The notes below the pieces were generated by a model. The model ran no database searches and was not told where the DNA came from. It saw nothing but the letters and a program-made list of their open reading frames with translations. Of a stretch of 64,000 nt of DNA, positions 48,901-59,418 are shown one piece after another (within the stretch, counting starts at the first letter, position 1; every line of letters begins with the position of its first letter). Made by a program: the position numbers and the translations under genes. The stretch is from Tubulanus polymorphus. Its lineage: Eukaryota; Animalia; Nemertea. The DNA is taken from the NCBI RefSeq assembly GCF_964204645.1, contig NC_134032.1, positions 8,172,275 to 8,236,274 of the forward strand, written 5' to 3'.

Positions 48901-51900
48901 ATTTTGGCCGACAGACCTGTGAGGGTTTCTGAGTGAGTGCCCCCTTGGTTCTGAAGGTAAGCCCTCACTGTTGAATTGTCTGTGGCTAACCAAACGTGGT
49001 GGCCCTCCACTCTCCTGTGAAAGAACTTAAGGGCCTTCCACATGGCCAGCATTTCTAGGAAATTTATGTGGTTGGTGGCCTCGTAGCGAGACCATTTCCC
49101 GGCTTTGACTCGGTTCTCCAGATATGCCCCCCAACCTTGGTGACTGGCATCCGTGAATACACGAACTGGAGCCTCTAACGGGGCTAGTGACACCCCGAGC
49201 CGAAGATTCGTAGTGGCCGCCCACCACAGAAGATCCGGACTTAGATGGTTGGAGGTACGGGAATCAAGGCCTCCCAGTTGCCCTTCGACTGAGACCAGAA
49301 GACCTTCCAATATTGTTGCAAGCGCCTGCTTCTGAGGCGGCCTAAGGGCACCACCAGACCCATGGAGCTGATGGAGCCTAGAAGCCGTGACCAGTAACGA
49401 GCTGTTCTCGGGGTTGTGGACACTCCCGCTACAGCTTCTTGAAGTTTGGCCACTCGAACCATAGACGGAAAGACTTTGCCGATTCGGAGATCGAAGTCCA
49501 TGCCGAGATAAGTGAACTGTTGGGCCGGCGTCAACTGAGATTTTTCCCTGTTTACGCGGAACCCTAGCTGATGGACTAAGTCCAAGACTGAGGTCATTGC
49601 CTCCCGACATTCCTGAGCCGAATTCGCGACTATTAACCAGTCGTCGAGGTAAACGAACAGTCGAACACCCCTTGACTGAAGTACCTTCTGAACTGACTTG
49701 ACCAACTTGGTGAAAACCCACGGGGCCGTACTGAGGCCAAATGGAAGAGACCTGAATTGGAACTGGCGGCCTTTCCACTTTATCCTGAGAAATCGCCGAG
49801 ATTTTGGGTGAATTGGAACCTGAAAGTAAGCATCCTTCAGGTCCAATGAAGCCGCCCATTGACCCGGACGGAGCCCTTGAATCACGTCCTTGGGCTTGGT
49901 CATCCGGAACCTTGGAATGTCTAGGTGCCGATTGAGGGATGACAGATCTATCACTGTCCGTTGACCCCCTGTGGCCTTTGGTACCATGAATATTCGAGAA
50001 AACCAGCCGGGAGAAGTTTCGTTGCAAACTGGTTCTATCGCTCCCTTCTCTGCCAGTTCCTTGAGAGCCGGAGAGATTAAGGCCTCCTGACCTGGTTTTG
50101 GCCGCATGTCGGGAGGTGACCTCATCAGGCGCGGTCGCCTTAGGAAACGGAGACGGTAGCCCCGAGAGACGACCCGGGAGGGCCAACCGTCTCCAAAGAG
50201 GTCGGACCAGTGGGTTGCTGCCTGCTGCAGACAACCTCCCACTGGTCCCAAGAATTCATTTCGAGTTTTTCCGAAAGGAAGAGCCCCTTTTTGGAGCCTT
50301 CCCCTTGCCTCGATACGAACCGGAACTGTTACGACCGGACGAGGCTTGACACGATTGTTGAAGTTGCGCGCTAGTTCTCCAACCGGCATCCGAAGCCGCC
50401 TGAGAAAGCGCTGAAGTTTGAGATGGTCCTGTTTGCGTCCGTGCCGAACCTTGCGCCGACGCTTGCGCCGCCGGCGTCGGACCAGAACGCTTTTTCCACG
50501 GAGTTCGGGGGTTGGACTTGGCCTGAACCTCCCGAATCTTCCTCAGCTCTGCGGAAACCGGAGCGCACCAACCGGAGAAGAGACGTGAAGACGTCCCCAA
50601 TGGGGCTCTCAGCAAAGCATTGGACACCATATCCGGTAGACGAGTTTTGGCACTGGAGTCCATCACTGACTGACGGGAGGCTAACACCAGATTAGCCTGA
50701 CCCCGAACCGACAACGGAATTACATGCGAAACAGACCGAGCCAAAGATTGGATAATCCGGTCCATTCCCTCCAGTTTTAGGGCAACTGACTCTGGGTCGG
50801 AGCCCGCATGAACGGCGGCGTGAGTCTCGCGAAGCTCACCCGTCAACACCTTAAGTGCCATATCTTGAAACGAACCAACCCTGGTAAGATTGTCCAGGAT
50901 TGACGTCATGGCCACCAAACCGGACTTAGGCAAACGAATACCCGACTGTGCTGTAACAGTATCCGGGCTGATCAAAGTATAATCAGCATCCAGGCAGTTA
51001 TGACTGTGATCCACAGCACCTGGAGTTGCGTAATACGCCGAGCGAAATGCGCCTATAGGTGGATCGGTTGAACTAAAATATTTCCCAGATTTCATACCCC
51101 GTTCTGGAGGGGGAAATGAAAAAGTTCCAGGCCGACATTCACCCCATAATTGCGTATCCAATCGAGCCCATTCTCTTGAAACCGCTGACGATTCCCGTAA
51201 AACGTTAAGATCGGAGTCCGGAGGGCGATAAGCTTCCATTGACTCACCGAGTTGCCCCGTGCTTGACAAAGAACTCACTTATCATCGCTCTAAATGGCAT
51301 GTCCCCCGCTGGTTCGGATAAAACTGAACGGGACGGAGATACATTGCGAGCCAGGGAAGCCCCCATCGTCTGGGGCAACCCACAATTGCTTGCGACAGGA
51401 ACGACCCCAGAAGGAATTGCCGCCTCTGGGACCCGATCCTCATTTAAATCAGACCCTACCGCAGCATCCAGGAATTCAGAGTCAGAATTCCGAAAAACTG
51501 AGTGGGCTGGCGAACTTCTAACCGGACAACCAGGAATAGGCTTACCTGTTGTAGAAGTTGCAGCGACTTGTTGCGACGAAGATAACAAGTTTAAAATTTT
51601 CTCCTCAAATACATGGAAATCCTTCTGAGTCAGGTATTTTCCAGTATCCCGACGATCATGCCGACTTCGGTGACGGTCCCTCGAACGGGATCGCGACCTA
51701 CTAGAAGAATCGCTTTCATCGCTAACCGACGTCGACGAACCATGAGAAGACCGACGGCGAAACTTCCGACAATAACGATCGTAGTCCCTCTCGCGATCAA
51801 ACCTTGATCTGCGAGAAGGAGATCTTGCTCGTTTATTACGCTCACGGCGTCTAAATCTAGTGGGAGAGCGAGCTCTATCCCCGGAGCGACGATCAGAATC

Positions 51901-54900
51901 AGACGATGAACGTACCGGATGTTTTGAACCGGACGACGTCTGGACCGGACCGGTGGCCGAACCGGACCGAACCGGACCGATGCCCGACCCGGACCGGACC
52001 GGTACCGACCGAACCGGTGCGGGCCGTTCGCGACTACCGCGGCGCGCGCTCGGTTCCGAACATGTAGTCTGAACTGGCCGAACCGGCCGAACCGGTGAAC
52101 GACCAGAGACCGGTGAATGACCGGAGACCGGTGCCGGTGAACCAGCGTTCCTCCCCGGTGAACGGAGTTGGGAAGCCGATCGTACCTGAACGACCGGCGA
52201 CCGCTCCGCTTTACGATAAGAAACAGGATTAGAAACGTCGGTTGGCACATCGGCCGAAACCGACGAATCCCTGCTAACTCGACGACGATCTCTTAGTTTA
52301 AGAGCCTTATCGGCCCGAAGCCAAAGGTCCTCGGACCACACGACGCAAATATTGCAAGGATTGCTCCTTGCACATATTTGACCGGATTTGCGCCTGCACG
52401 ACGCACATGAATCGTGGTTGTCCCAGGCGCCAAACAAATGCCCGCATCCCTCCCCGCCACGATGCTGACCCTTAGGAGAGGGTGGCATAATTATCCTGTT
52501 ACAAATCAAAACAATTCAATTCAATTCAATCAAATTATATTTGTAAATAAAATTCTTACGGAAAAAAAGAAATCAGGGATAACCCCCAAACCGAACGGAC
52601 TCACCGTTACGAGAGTGAAAACTCCCTAATATCCTAATTCCCAGATTTTTACGGCGAAAAAATCCAACGCGTTCTACTGCGAGAACGCCAAGAAAAAAGA
52701 TGGCCGATTTCGTCGGTGGCTAAATGCAATACCGCAGGGCCGGGTCGTATAGAAAAACCATTGGCGATAAATCCAAATTTAGAAAATATTGGCAAAAACC
52801 ATAGGAAAGGGTACAGTACTCGATGGAAATATTCTCACGAATCATATTTCGGTAACGAAACACGGGGTCAATAACATACCGGTACGCAAATTCTCAGAGT
52901 TTTCGAGGTTTTTGCAAAATTGGTTAAATTCCCTGATTTTTTCTCGAGTTTTACAGGTTTTCCAGATCAGTGGCCTTTTTAAATAATCTACTGTCAAAAT
53001 TCCTGTCAGTAATACTAGTAAAACGTTAAGAATAAATAACGACACGAGTAGTTCTATACAGGTTAACTAGTTATTTGACGCACAAGCTTTCGCTACTAAT
53101 GAATAGAAGCTTCATCAGGTGAATGAGTGATTCACCTGATCACCCGATGAAGCTCTTATTCATTAGTAGCAAAAGCTCGTGCGTCAAATAAATAATTAAC
53201 CTATATAGAACTACTCGTGTCGTTATCTATTCTAAACCCGGTTAACACGGCTACTCTACGAATCTAGTAAAACGTTAGAGACAAACAGTACTTTATAGCT
53301 ACGATTTAATTTCATAACCAACTGAATTGATGATACCGCATTAACTTTCTTGTCTAAGCACAACAGAAACTCAGTGTGAAGAATATCAACATTTTTTTTA
53401 CAAACAATGACCACGTGACGAATTTTTTCGAAAAATCATAATTTTGCCCAAAACCCGGCTCAACGTAACAGATAGCTCCGACCATCAAAATAAAATTTCA
53501 TGTAATATTCCTGGTGTATCAAAGCCCCCACGATACATATGGTAAAGCAACCGTCAGGGCGATATTTGAGCCAGGAGTTTCTAATGTCCCCATATTCTAC
53601 AACTGTAACTAGTACTGTTATAAACTAGCACAGCTATCGTTCCTGGGGATGGAAAATGGCTTTTTTTATTCAAAAATGAGATATCTTGTACTTCCAGTTC
53701 GGCCATCATTGCCACTACCAGTATACAATACTCATATAGCTGACCCTTCCTATTCACAGGCACATATTTGCACTGTGGGACATGGGAATGAACGTTCCTG
53801 ATTGGTAAGCAATGTGAACTAACTAATCTAATAGCTACAGTGCCAGCTTCAAATATAGCCCTACTCGGTGACAATTGGGGGCGCCACCATATCATCATGG
53901 TGGCAGTGAGCGTGTTAACTTTAGGAAAGTGAAAATTAATTCACTTTGCTTCATTACTTAAGACTTTCAGATTCAAACTCAATTCACAAATGTGAAAGTG
54001 GAACCTGTATGGGATCTATAGGAAGGCCAATTTCTGACCATTTTATAAATTCCCTGATTTTTCCATGTCACGTATAACACAAAATTCTCCTGAGTGATTC
54101 GGCGGGTGAATAGAGAAATTTCTTGGTTTACAATTCTTTTCATTTTTCATGAATCACATGTTGATCAAGTAACGTATGGTCAATAGTGGTCCTATATTTG
54201 AAAATAATAATATGGTCCTATAGTTAACTTAAAGGTTTTTTGTAAAATATGTCAAATATTCCGATTTTTTTCTAGATTTTTCCGAGTCTCTGAGTTTGTC
54301 CAGGTTTGTCTCGGTCAGTGGCCACCCTGTCCCAGGTACTCACTTCATGCTTGGTAAATGACGTAGCACGACGTCTAGAGCTTGTATGGCGTCGTAAGGG
54401 ATGGCGTGGTTTTTGCCCTCGAGAGCCTCTTCCAGAGCGAACAGACTGACTTGCGCTACCCAGCGTATATTCACTTTAAACACACGGTCCTTCCCTTCAC
54501 CGGGCAGAGTTACCTCTAAATCAACCTAAAAGATAACATTACAGGTGATGATCTAAAATAAATAATTAGTGATAGCCTTCTCAATTCAAACTGACTTCAA
54601 AATTTCTGATATTACGATAGTTTCACTGAAATTTTGAAGTCATTACTTATCAGATGATAACCTTCTCATTGACTCCAATATGATTAGCTACTAATCAGGG
54701 CCATACCTAGTATTTAAACGTAGGGGCGGCAGAGAAAACCGAAAAAAGTTAATTACCTTACCGAAAAAGGGCAATCACCTAAAGTCTTAAAAACCAATAT
54801 AACAATTCTTCTCATATGAACAAACAAAAACTCTAACAAAATGCTTTTAAGTCCCGAGTGAAGGATTCTACATGAGATTACTATTGGATTTAACAATAAT

Positions 54901-57900
54901 GTTCAGCGAAAAGGGCACTTTTCCAAAATCTCTGGGGGGGGGCCAAATGTCCCCCCTGCCCCGCTTTGTATGGCCCTACTAATGACAACCTTTTTAAACG
55001 AATCAGTGAAATCATGATTAGTAACCATACTGAGGACTTAAATAAACTTGAATACACATGTAGTTTAACATTCCTTTTAGCAATCAATCCAGCTGTAAGA
55101 GAGCTTTTAGTTTTGCTGCTCCAGCTCTTTGGAATGCCCTGCCTTTCTCTGTAAGGCTTAGTCCATCAGTGCAATGTTTTAAGTCAAATTTAAAAACGTA
55201 CCTTTTTAAAAGGACTTTTAAAGCTATTTTACTGTGTCTTTGCTCCTGCTGTTTTATCATATGCTTTTTAAGTTCTTGATTTTATGTATATGTATTAACC
55301 CTTTGTACAGCGCATAGATCATTATCATTTTAGTTATGCGCTATATAAGAAATAAATTATTATTATATAGTTTATTCATCACTAAGCAAGGATTTACGAT
55401 CTGACATTATAAATAATACACGTAGTTATGTTCATGGTTCAATGTGGCTGGATGAAGTGAAAGCAAAACGCCTTCTCAAATTCTCAGTAAAATCAACAAT
55501 TCAGTAAAACCATGATTAGTTAGGCTACTAATATAACTAGTTAGTTAAAGTATGAATAACGTACCTTTTCTCGCCCTATTGGTAGCGGATCTCGACTGTA
55601 GAGGTTTTTACGCCCGTCAAACACCGGCTTTTGCCCGTCGAATATTCTCTGACTGTACGCCTGAACCATTGTCTCAATGATTTCGCTGAAACGGCAAAAA
55701 TTAATTCTTAACTCGTCGCTCAAACAATTAGTTCGTGTTCATTAAAATAAACTAATTTAGCATAGGTTCATAAATATAACTAACACAAGCCATGAGGTGA
55801 CAACGGTTCTCAGGCACAGAGTTTTTAGCGCCTAGTTCAGCCGCTAGGTGGTGCACTGGACTAATTTGCCGTGCACAACTAGACCCCCAAACTAACATTG
55901 TATCAAAGTTTCGCCAAGATCGACTAACTATGAACGAAGGTAAGTAGCTGAAAGACACACAAACCCACAGACAGTACGAGAATAAGGGTCTCACGGAAGC
56001 CCAAAAACCAGAAATGATAGCGATATCTATTTCTAAAAACACTTACACATTTTCTAAGATCTGTTAAATTCCGCAATCATCGTAAATAGAGTATTACTAT
56101 GGGGCCAAGGACACGATGCGCACTTCATAACTTCATCTCAGCCAATGAACTGAACTTTTGTTAACGGGAGTTCATGATTTTGGCTGAATTCCGAGACCAG
56201 GGCGGTTCATAATAAAGGGTTGACCCTTCAAAGGTAGTCACTCAGTCTCTGCTTGCCTCGGGTTTATAAATTCTCTCCGAGGTACATGAATTCCGGGGCA
56301 GTCGGAGCAAGGATGGACCGTTATGACGATGTATTGGAGTAAGCTAACATCCGTGTCACAATAAACTATCGGACTATTTACACGTAGAAAACGACCAAAA
56401 AAATATTAAAAAGGGACAAAATGATCTTCAACCTTGTAATATAGCTATTTCCAAAATCCCAATGTATTAAATTAAGCAGCCTGAAAAATTCATCCCAATC
56501 AGTCGCTTGCCAGTTCAGACTGAATGGAAGATTGTTTGGATGAACCGGAACCGAATTTCCAATTATGTACTTCGATTTAAAAATATTCTGTTAACTCGAC
56601 CGCCGATCACACATCTATATCTGTACTTCTTTTTCCGATTTCAAAATCAAACCCCCTGTTTCGCTTCCCGGCAGGTGTGGTGGGTCTGTAAGGGACACTC
56701 AATCGAAAAATCAAACAAAATTTACCAGCCAAATAAATAAATAATGGGGACAATCCCTATTTTAAGATAAACTAGGGGTCCAGGGACACCATGCCCACTT
56801 GGGAAGTGGTTTCAAATGCTCAACAATTTAACAATTTCAATATTCAACGCCCTCTGGTGACCATATACAAAAACCAATGACCTTGAAACTCAATACAATC
56901 ATAAAACATGTCAGCAGCTACGATTTTGTAATTGATTGTGATAACAAAAAATGCCTCATTACTAATTTAATATGGAAATACTAAGTTAATCTACTATTCA
57001 ACGCCCCCTGGTGACCATATTCAAAACCCAATAACCTTGTAACTCACCATATTCATAGAACATGTCATGAACTACAACTTTGCAATTGATCATGGTAACA
57101 AAATATGCCTAGGTACCAATATAATAAGGAAATACCAGGTTATTCTACTATTCAACGCCCCCTGGTGACCATATAGAATAACTAATTTCCTTAAAACTCA
57201 CCACAATCATAGATGATGTCATGAGCTACAACTTTGCAATTGATTGCGGTAACAAAATATGTATTGGTACAAATATAATATAGAAATACTTAGATATTGT
57301 ATTATTCAACGCCCCTGGTGGCCATATACAAAAAACAATGAACTTGAAACTCACCCCAATCATAGAACACGTTATACGCTACAACTTTCTAATTCATTGT
57401 TGTAACAAAATATGCTTAGGTAACAATATAATGTCGAAAAACTTTTTCCCACCTACGAATGAGTACTAATGACACCAAGATGGCCGCCAATTGCGTCATA
57501 ATTGGCGGATCAAAAATACCTATCTCAGGTATAAAAGAGCCCTTTACAAAGAATACCCATCACAAATTGCAATAAGAAATGGCAAACCAGTAGGAAGCTA
57601 CAGACCTAGAATTCTGGCCAAAATTGACATTTTTGGGCACTAAAAAGGTCATAGGACGGCCATCTTCAGTCAGATGGACCCAATTTTTCTTATGCTGATG
57701 GGCCCTTGGTAGATTCAAATATATTCGAAAGATCAAGGTAATTGATCATATCGTCTTCAAAATTTCCCTCGTAAACTTCCAAAATGTGTAAAAAGTGCTG
57801 ATTTTGGTGAACAACAATGGCTGCCAGTCGGCCATCTTGATTCTGATAGGGCCAGTTTTTGGGCTGAAGATGTGTCTAGGGTAGATACATGTATAAACCA

Positions 57901-58706
57901 AATATCAAGACATTACCTTGAAGCGTCTTCAAAACTTCCCAAAATAACTGGATTCCGTCTACGGACGGACGAACGGACGAAAAGTGAACGCAATAGCCCG
58001 CTGGGACTAAAGTCCCAAGTGGGCTAAAAAAAAACATCCGTGTGCCGGTAATATATAGGGCACACGATGAGAGGACTCCAGGGATAAGCCGAGTCTACAG
58101 TATGATATATTTTGCACTTATTCATCATGAAATGTTCGTACTGAGCAACCGACTTGTAGGTTTTTGAAAATTTTTCAAAGCCGGGTTCTTATACGCACGG
58201 ATCAGGGAATCCAAAATTGACTACACACCCCCTGATTAAATTACACATTATCCTCGGTAGGGGGCTTGATTTCTTCTTCGCGAGGTTCTTTGTGCATGAA
58301 CGACAAAACGCCGAATATTGGAATTCCCGGATCTTTCCCTGATTTTCAAGAAATGAGTAAGACATTTCTGATTGAAATTCTAACATTATCCTCAGTGGGT
58401 ATGTTTCTTCTCAAGAGGTTCCTTGTGGTCGGCTCTGGGAAGCCAGGTCGTGGGTTCGAACCCCGTACATTGCCGTAGTGTCCTCGGGCAAGACACTTAT
58501 CCTCATTGCCTCTCTCCACCCAGGATTAAATGGGTACCTGGTCTGATAGATGACTCCAGAGCGCCTAGCAGCTGCTCGGATGTTACCTCTCCCCAGGGAG
58601 AGATGACTGATACATGGAATAGAGTTATAGGCTGGGGGTAATAATACCTAGTTTGGAGCGCGTTTGAACAGACTGTAGTTTGGATACCTGCGCTATGTAA
58701 ATGTCA

Positions 58707-58747
<41 letters not shown>

Positions 58748-59418
58748 GGTGCTCGTCACCAGCAAGAACAATTAACTGATGTTCAAGCAAGGTCAGAATT
58801 CCCTGACAAGGTGGACACTTTCCTCTAATTTATAATCCCCCGCGTTATAACACAAAATTCTCTGAATAAATCTGAGGAATTTCTTGGTTGAGTATGTTAC
58901 AATTAATCAATTTTTTTTTGAATCACGTCAATAAAAAAACGTGTAGTCATTAGCATATCAAAATAACCTAAGTTATCCAGGTCATTTGCAAAATGTGTTA
59001 AATTCCCTGATTTTCTCTAGACTTTTCAAGTTTTTCTACACCGCCCTGCCTGATTTTCCCGGTCCAGGCAAAAATAAACGAACCACACGTACATACTGAT
59101 GTACTTACCGATTAACTCTTCGCGGACATTTGTCGGGTGAAATCGACACTTCGTAGTGGTGAATCAGTCCTTTCGGCATGTGCACTTGAAAATGATTCGC
59201 TCTCAGCATGATCGGACGGCCCTCGGTGCCATGGTTCGGTCTTGCGGGCGACGCGAATTCCAAATTCGTCGCCGGCGCCGCGACTGGCACGGCGGCCGAG
59301 AATCTCGGCGCACCGACTGCTCCGGGCGGAGGAGCGATCGGGGGCTGCTGGCCCGGAGCGCCTAACGACGTCTGCCCGGCCGGCGGCGTCTGCCCCGTTG
59401 GACCAGTCGGCGTGAATC
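36845..59418 (-). CDS. AGO1: Argonaute, AGO subfamily (miRNA class; often annotated argonaute-2-like); 18 coding exons traced, start exon not identified
   Basis: Exons, all GT-AG and phase-compatible, 2684 bp total: 59109-59418, 55565-55685, 54344-54525, 46446-46717, 45666-45753, 45261-45344, 45069-45132, 44338-44409, 44152-44199, 43570-43692, 43333-43469, 42354-42538, 41665-41824, 41186-41276, 39975-40175, 39293-39529, 38449-38648, 36845-36953. Motifs [47 protein letters not shown]. Confidence 0.96.
37166..38447 (+). mobile_element. tRNA-derived SINE interrupted by a DNA transposon
   Basis: A/B-box-like head; similar to the copy at 58424-58747; tail resumes after 38375. Confidence 0.7.
37439..38374. 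mobile_element. Non-autonomous DNA transposon (hAT-like CAG end) with 6-bp TSD
   Basis: TIR CAGACCTGCCTACCCA / TGGGTAGGCAGGTCCG; TSD GCATTT at 37433-37438 and 38375-38380. Confidence 0.75.
38449..40175 (-). CDS. AGO1: Three Argonaute PIWI exons (39975-40175, 39293-39529, 38449-38648)
   Basis: [12 protein letters not shown]...FYRSGISEG; QKRHHTRLF...CSHAGIQ; GTSRPSHY...[13 protein letters not shown]. Confidence 0.93.
41186..42538 (-). CDS. AGO1: Three Argonaute MID/PIWI exons (42354-42538, 41665-41824, 41186-41276)
   Basis: ISNDAGMPI...LPGKTPVY; AEVKRVGD...KINVKLGG; [12 protein letters not shown]. Confidence 0.92.
43333..44409 (-). CDS. AGO1: Four Argonaute L2/MID exons (44338-44409, 44152-44199, 43570-43692, 43333-43469)
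   Basis: [16 protein letters not shown]; [10 protein letters not shown]; [14 protein letters not shown]; [10 protein letters not shown]. Confidence 0.9.
45069..45753 (-). CDS. AGO1: Three Argonaute PAZ exons (45666-45753, 45261-45344, 45069-45132)
   Basis: LKVEITHCG...; [19 protein letters not shown]; [21 protein letters not shown]. Confidence 0.9.
46446..46717 (-). CDS. AGO1: Argonaute exon (L1/PAZ)
   Basis: YTPVGRSFF...[14 protein letters not shown]...KFTKEIKG. Confidence 0.93.
46953..47049. repeat. DIRS internal complementary region (ICR)
   Basis: 46953-47010 is the reverse complement of 46735-46792; 47011-47049 is the reverse complement of 52792-52830. Confidence 0.9.
47308..48993 (-). 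CDS. DIRS tyrosine recombinase
   Basis: SARRSE (R), HQVR (HxxR), FW and FTSFY (W, Y) catalytic set; N-terminal domain [10 protein letters not shown]. Confidence 0.93.
   Translation of the reverse strand: MVSHRQFNSEGLPSEPRGHSLRNPHRSVGQNSSLVPDKGRVPDCGTFSREKERDGRCSVSSRSGYCDRMGSPPRSSRSGSGHFWQSAAGSVCHPVQSEVSSVCVPVSRRGSVGGRCLLSGLVGDACVCVPAHTSPAAPTGSNREISQLQHSSGSTMLASSEMVPTTSQPTVRQPQDSSEFPIASVSGDLLASSKQPVVKSARLAIVQRSLSASGFSEQAASFIAGSKRPSTSTIYDAKWSHFADWCAAGEIDPCSPSVAQLADFLLHLFVAKGLQVITIKGYRSAISHTLRASGWPNVAGDHRISQLVAGFSISRPRVTRTVPPWDLSVILKKLMEALFEPLSAASFANLSKKTVFLLFLACSARRSEIHALSVRQGHIVFGPANEFVSLRPALEFLAKNQRPGSVGRQWRIEALKHRVEPGIPDRTLCPVRALCFYLDRSASRRGSRERLFIPLLDHLKGDISRDTVARWVSSMIKDILLKENLSSEGVVSHQVRSMATSCAAFSGAPLEEVCRAAFWNSPSTFTSFYLRDVSGQLGSLASLGPVVMAQGVRSFRSDPLV
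48219..50389 (-). pseudogene. pol: DIRS reverse transcriptase, RNase H and DNA adenine methyltransferase-like domain; 1-nt frameshift at ~49250
   Basis: LDLKDAY, LPFGL, YLDD in 49241-50389; TDAS, HINFLE, TDN, ADALSR, DLFA, YAFPP in the 3' part of 48219-50234. Confidence 0.9.
50256..52488 (-). CDS. gag: DIRS gag-like ORF1, split into two frames (51244-52488 and 50256-51278)
   Basis: N-terminal Cys/His cluster (CGH...HDSCASC...C...CNIC), RS-rich middle, helical C-terminal domain; likely true start MPPSPK at 52488. Confidence 0.75.
53029..53263. mobile_element. Penelope-like retroelement remnant (inverted LTR pair) with 14-bp TSD
   Basis: ~100-bp inverted arms; TSD CTAGTAAAACGTTA at 53015-53028 and 53264-53277; hammerhead motifs in both arms. 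Confidence 0.72.
53081..53121 (-). ncRNA. Minimal type I hammerhead ribozyme (Penelope type)
   Basis: CAC-CUGAUGA-A-GCUUCUA-uucau-UAGUAGC-GAAA-GCU-U-GUG; a mutated copy lies on the + strand at 53141-53181. Confidence 0.65.
54344..54525 (-). CDS. AGO1: Argonaute exon (N domain)
   Basis: [16 protein letters not shown]...[15 protein letters not shown]. Confidence 0.92.
55565..55685 (-). CDS. AGO1: Argonaute exon (N domain)
   Basis: EIIETMV...[21 protein letters not shown]. Confidence 0.92.
56770..58034 (+). mobile_element. Non-autonomous Helentron/HINE (Pearl-like) element with internal ~155-bp tandem repeats
   Basis: Starts AACTAG; four ~155-bp repeats (56830-57430); (ACGG)n at 57961; 3' hairpin TAGCCCGCTGGGAC...GTCCCAAGTGGGCTA then an A-run. 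Confidence 0.75.
58424..58747 (+). mobile_element. tRNA-derived SINE, 5'-truncated, with (ATT)n tail
   Basis: B box GGTTCGAACCC; core GTGTCCTCGGGCAAGACACTT...TAAATGGGTACC; (ATT)n tail. Confidence 0.8.
59109..59418 (-). CDS. AGO1: Argonaute exon (Pro/Gly-rich N-terminus, N domain)
   Basis: GFTPTGP...[18 protein letters not shown]...CPRRVNR. Confidence 0.92.

Larger units (their letters stand above)
46735..52830 (-). mobile_element. DIRS1-type tyrosine-recombinase retrotransposon, full length ~6.1 kb
   Basis: Inverted terminal repeats (46778-46898 vs 52693-52813), internal complementary region 46953-47049 matching both ends, ATT junction without a conventional TSD, and gag, RT/RH/MT and YR ORFs. 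Confidence 0.95.

Noticed and set aside
48219-50234. 671-aa ORF as a single real protein
   Set aside because: It is a chimera of two reading frames caused by the indel near 49250.
5589-59418. Functional link between the Polinton and the nearby Argonaute gene
   Set aside because: Proximity only (13 kb apart, GPCR in between); no shared sequence seen.
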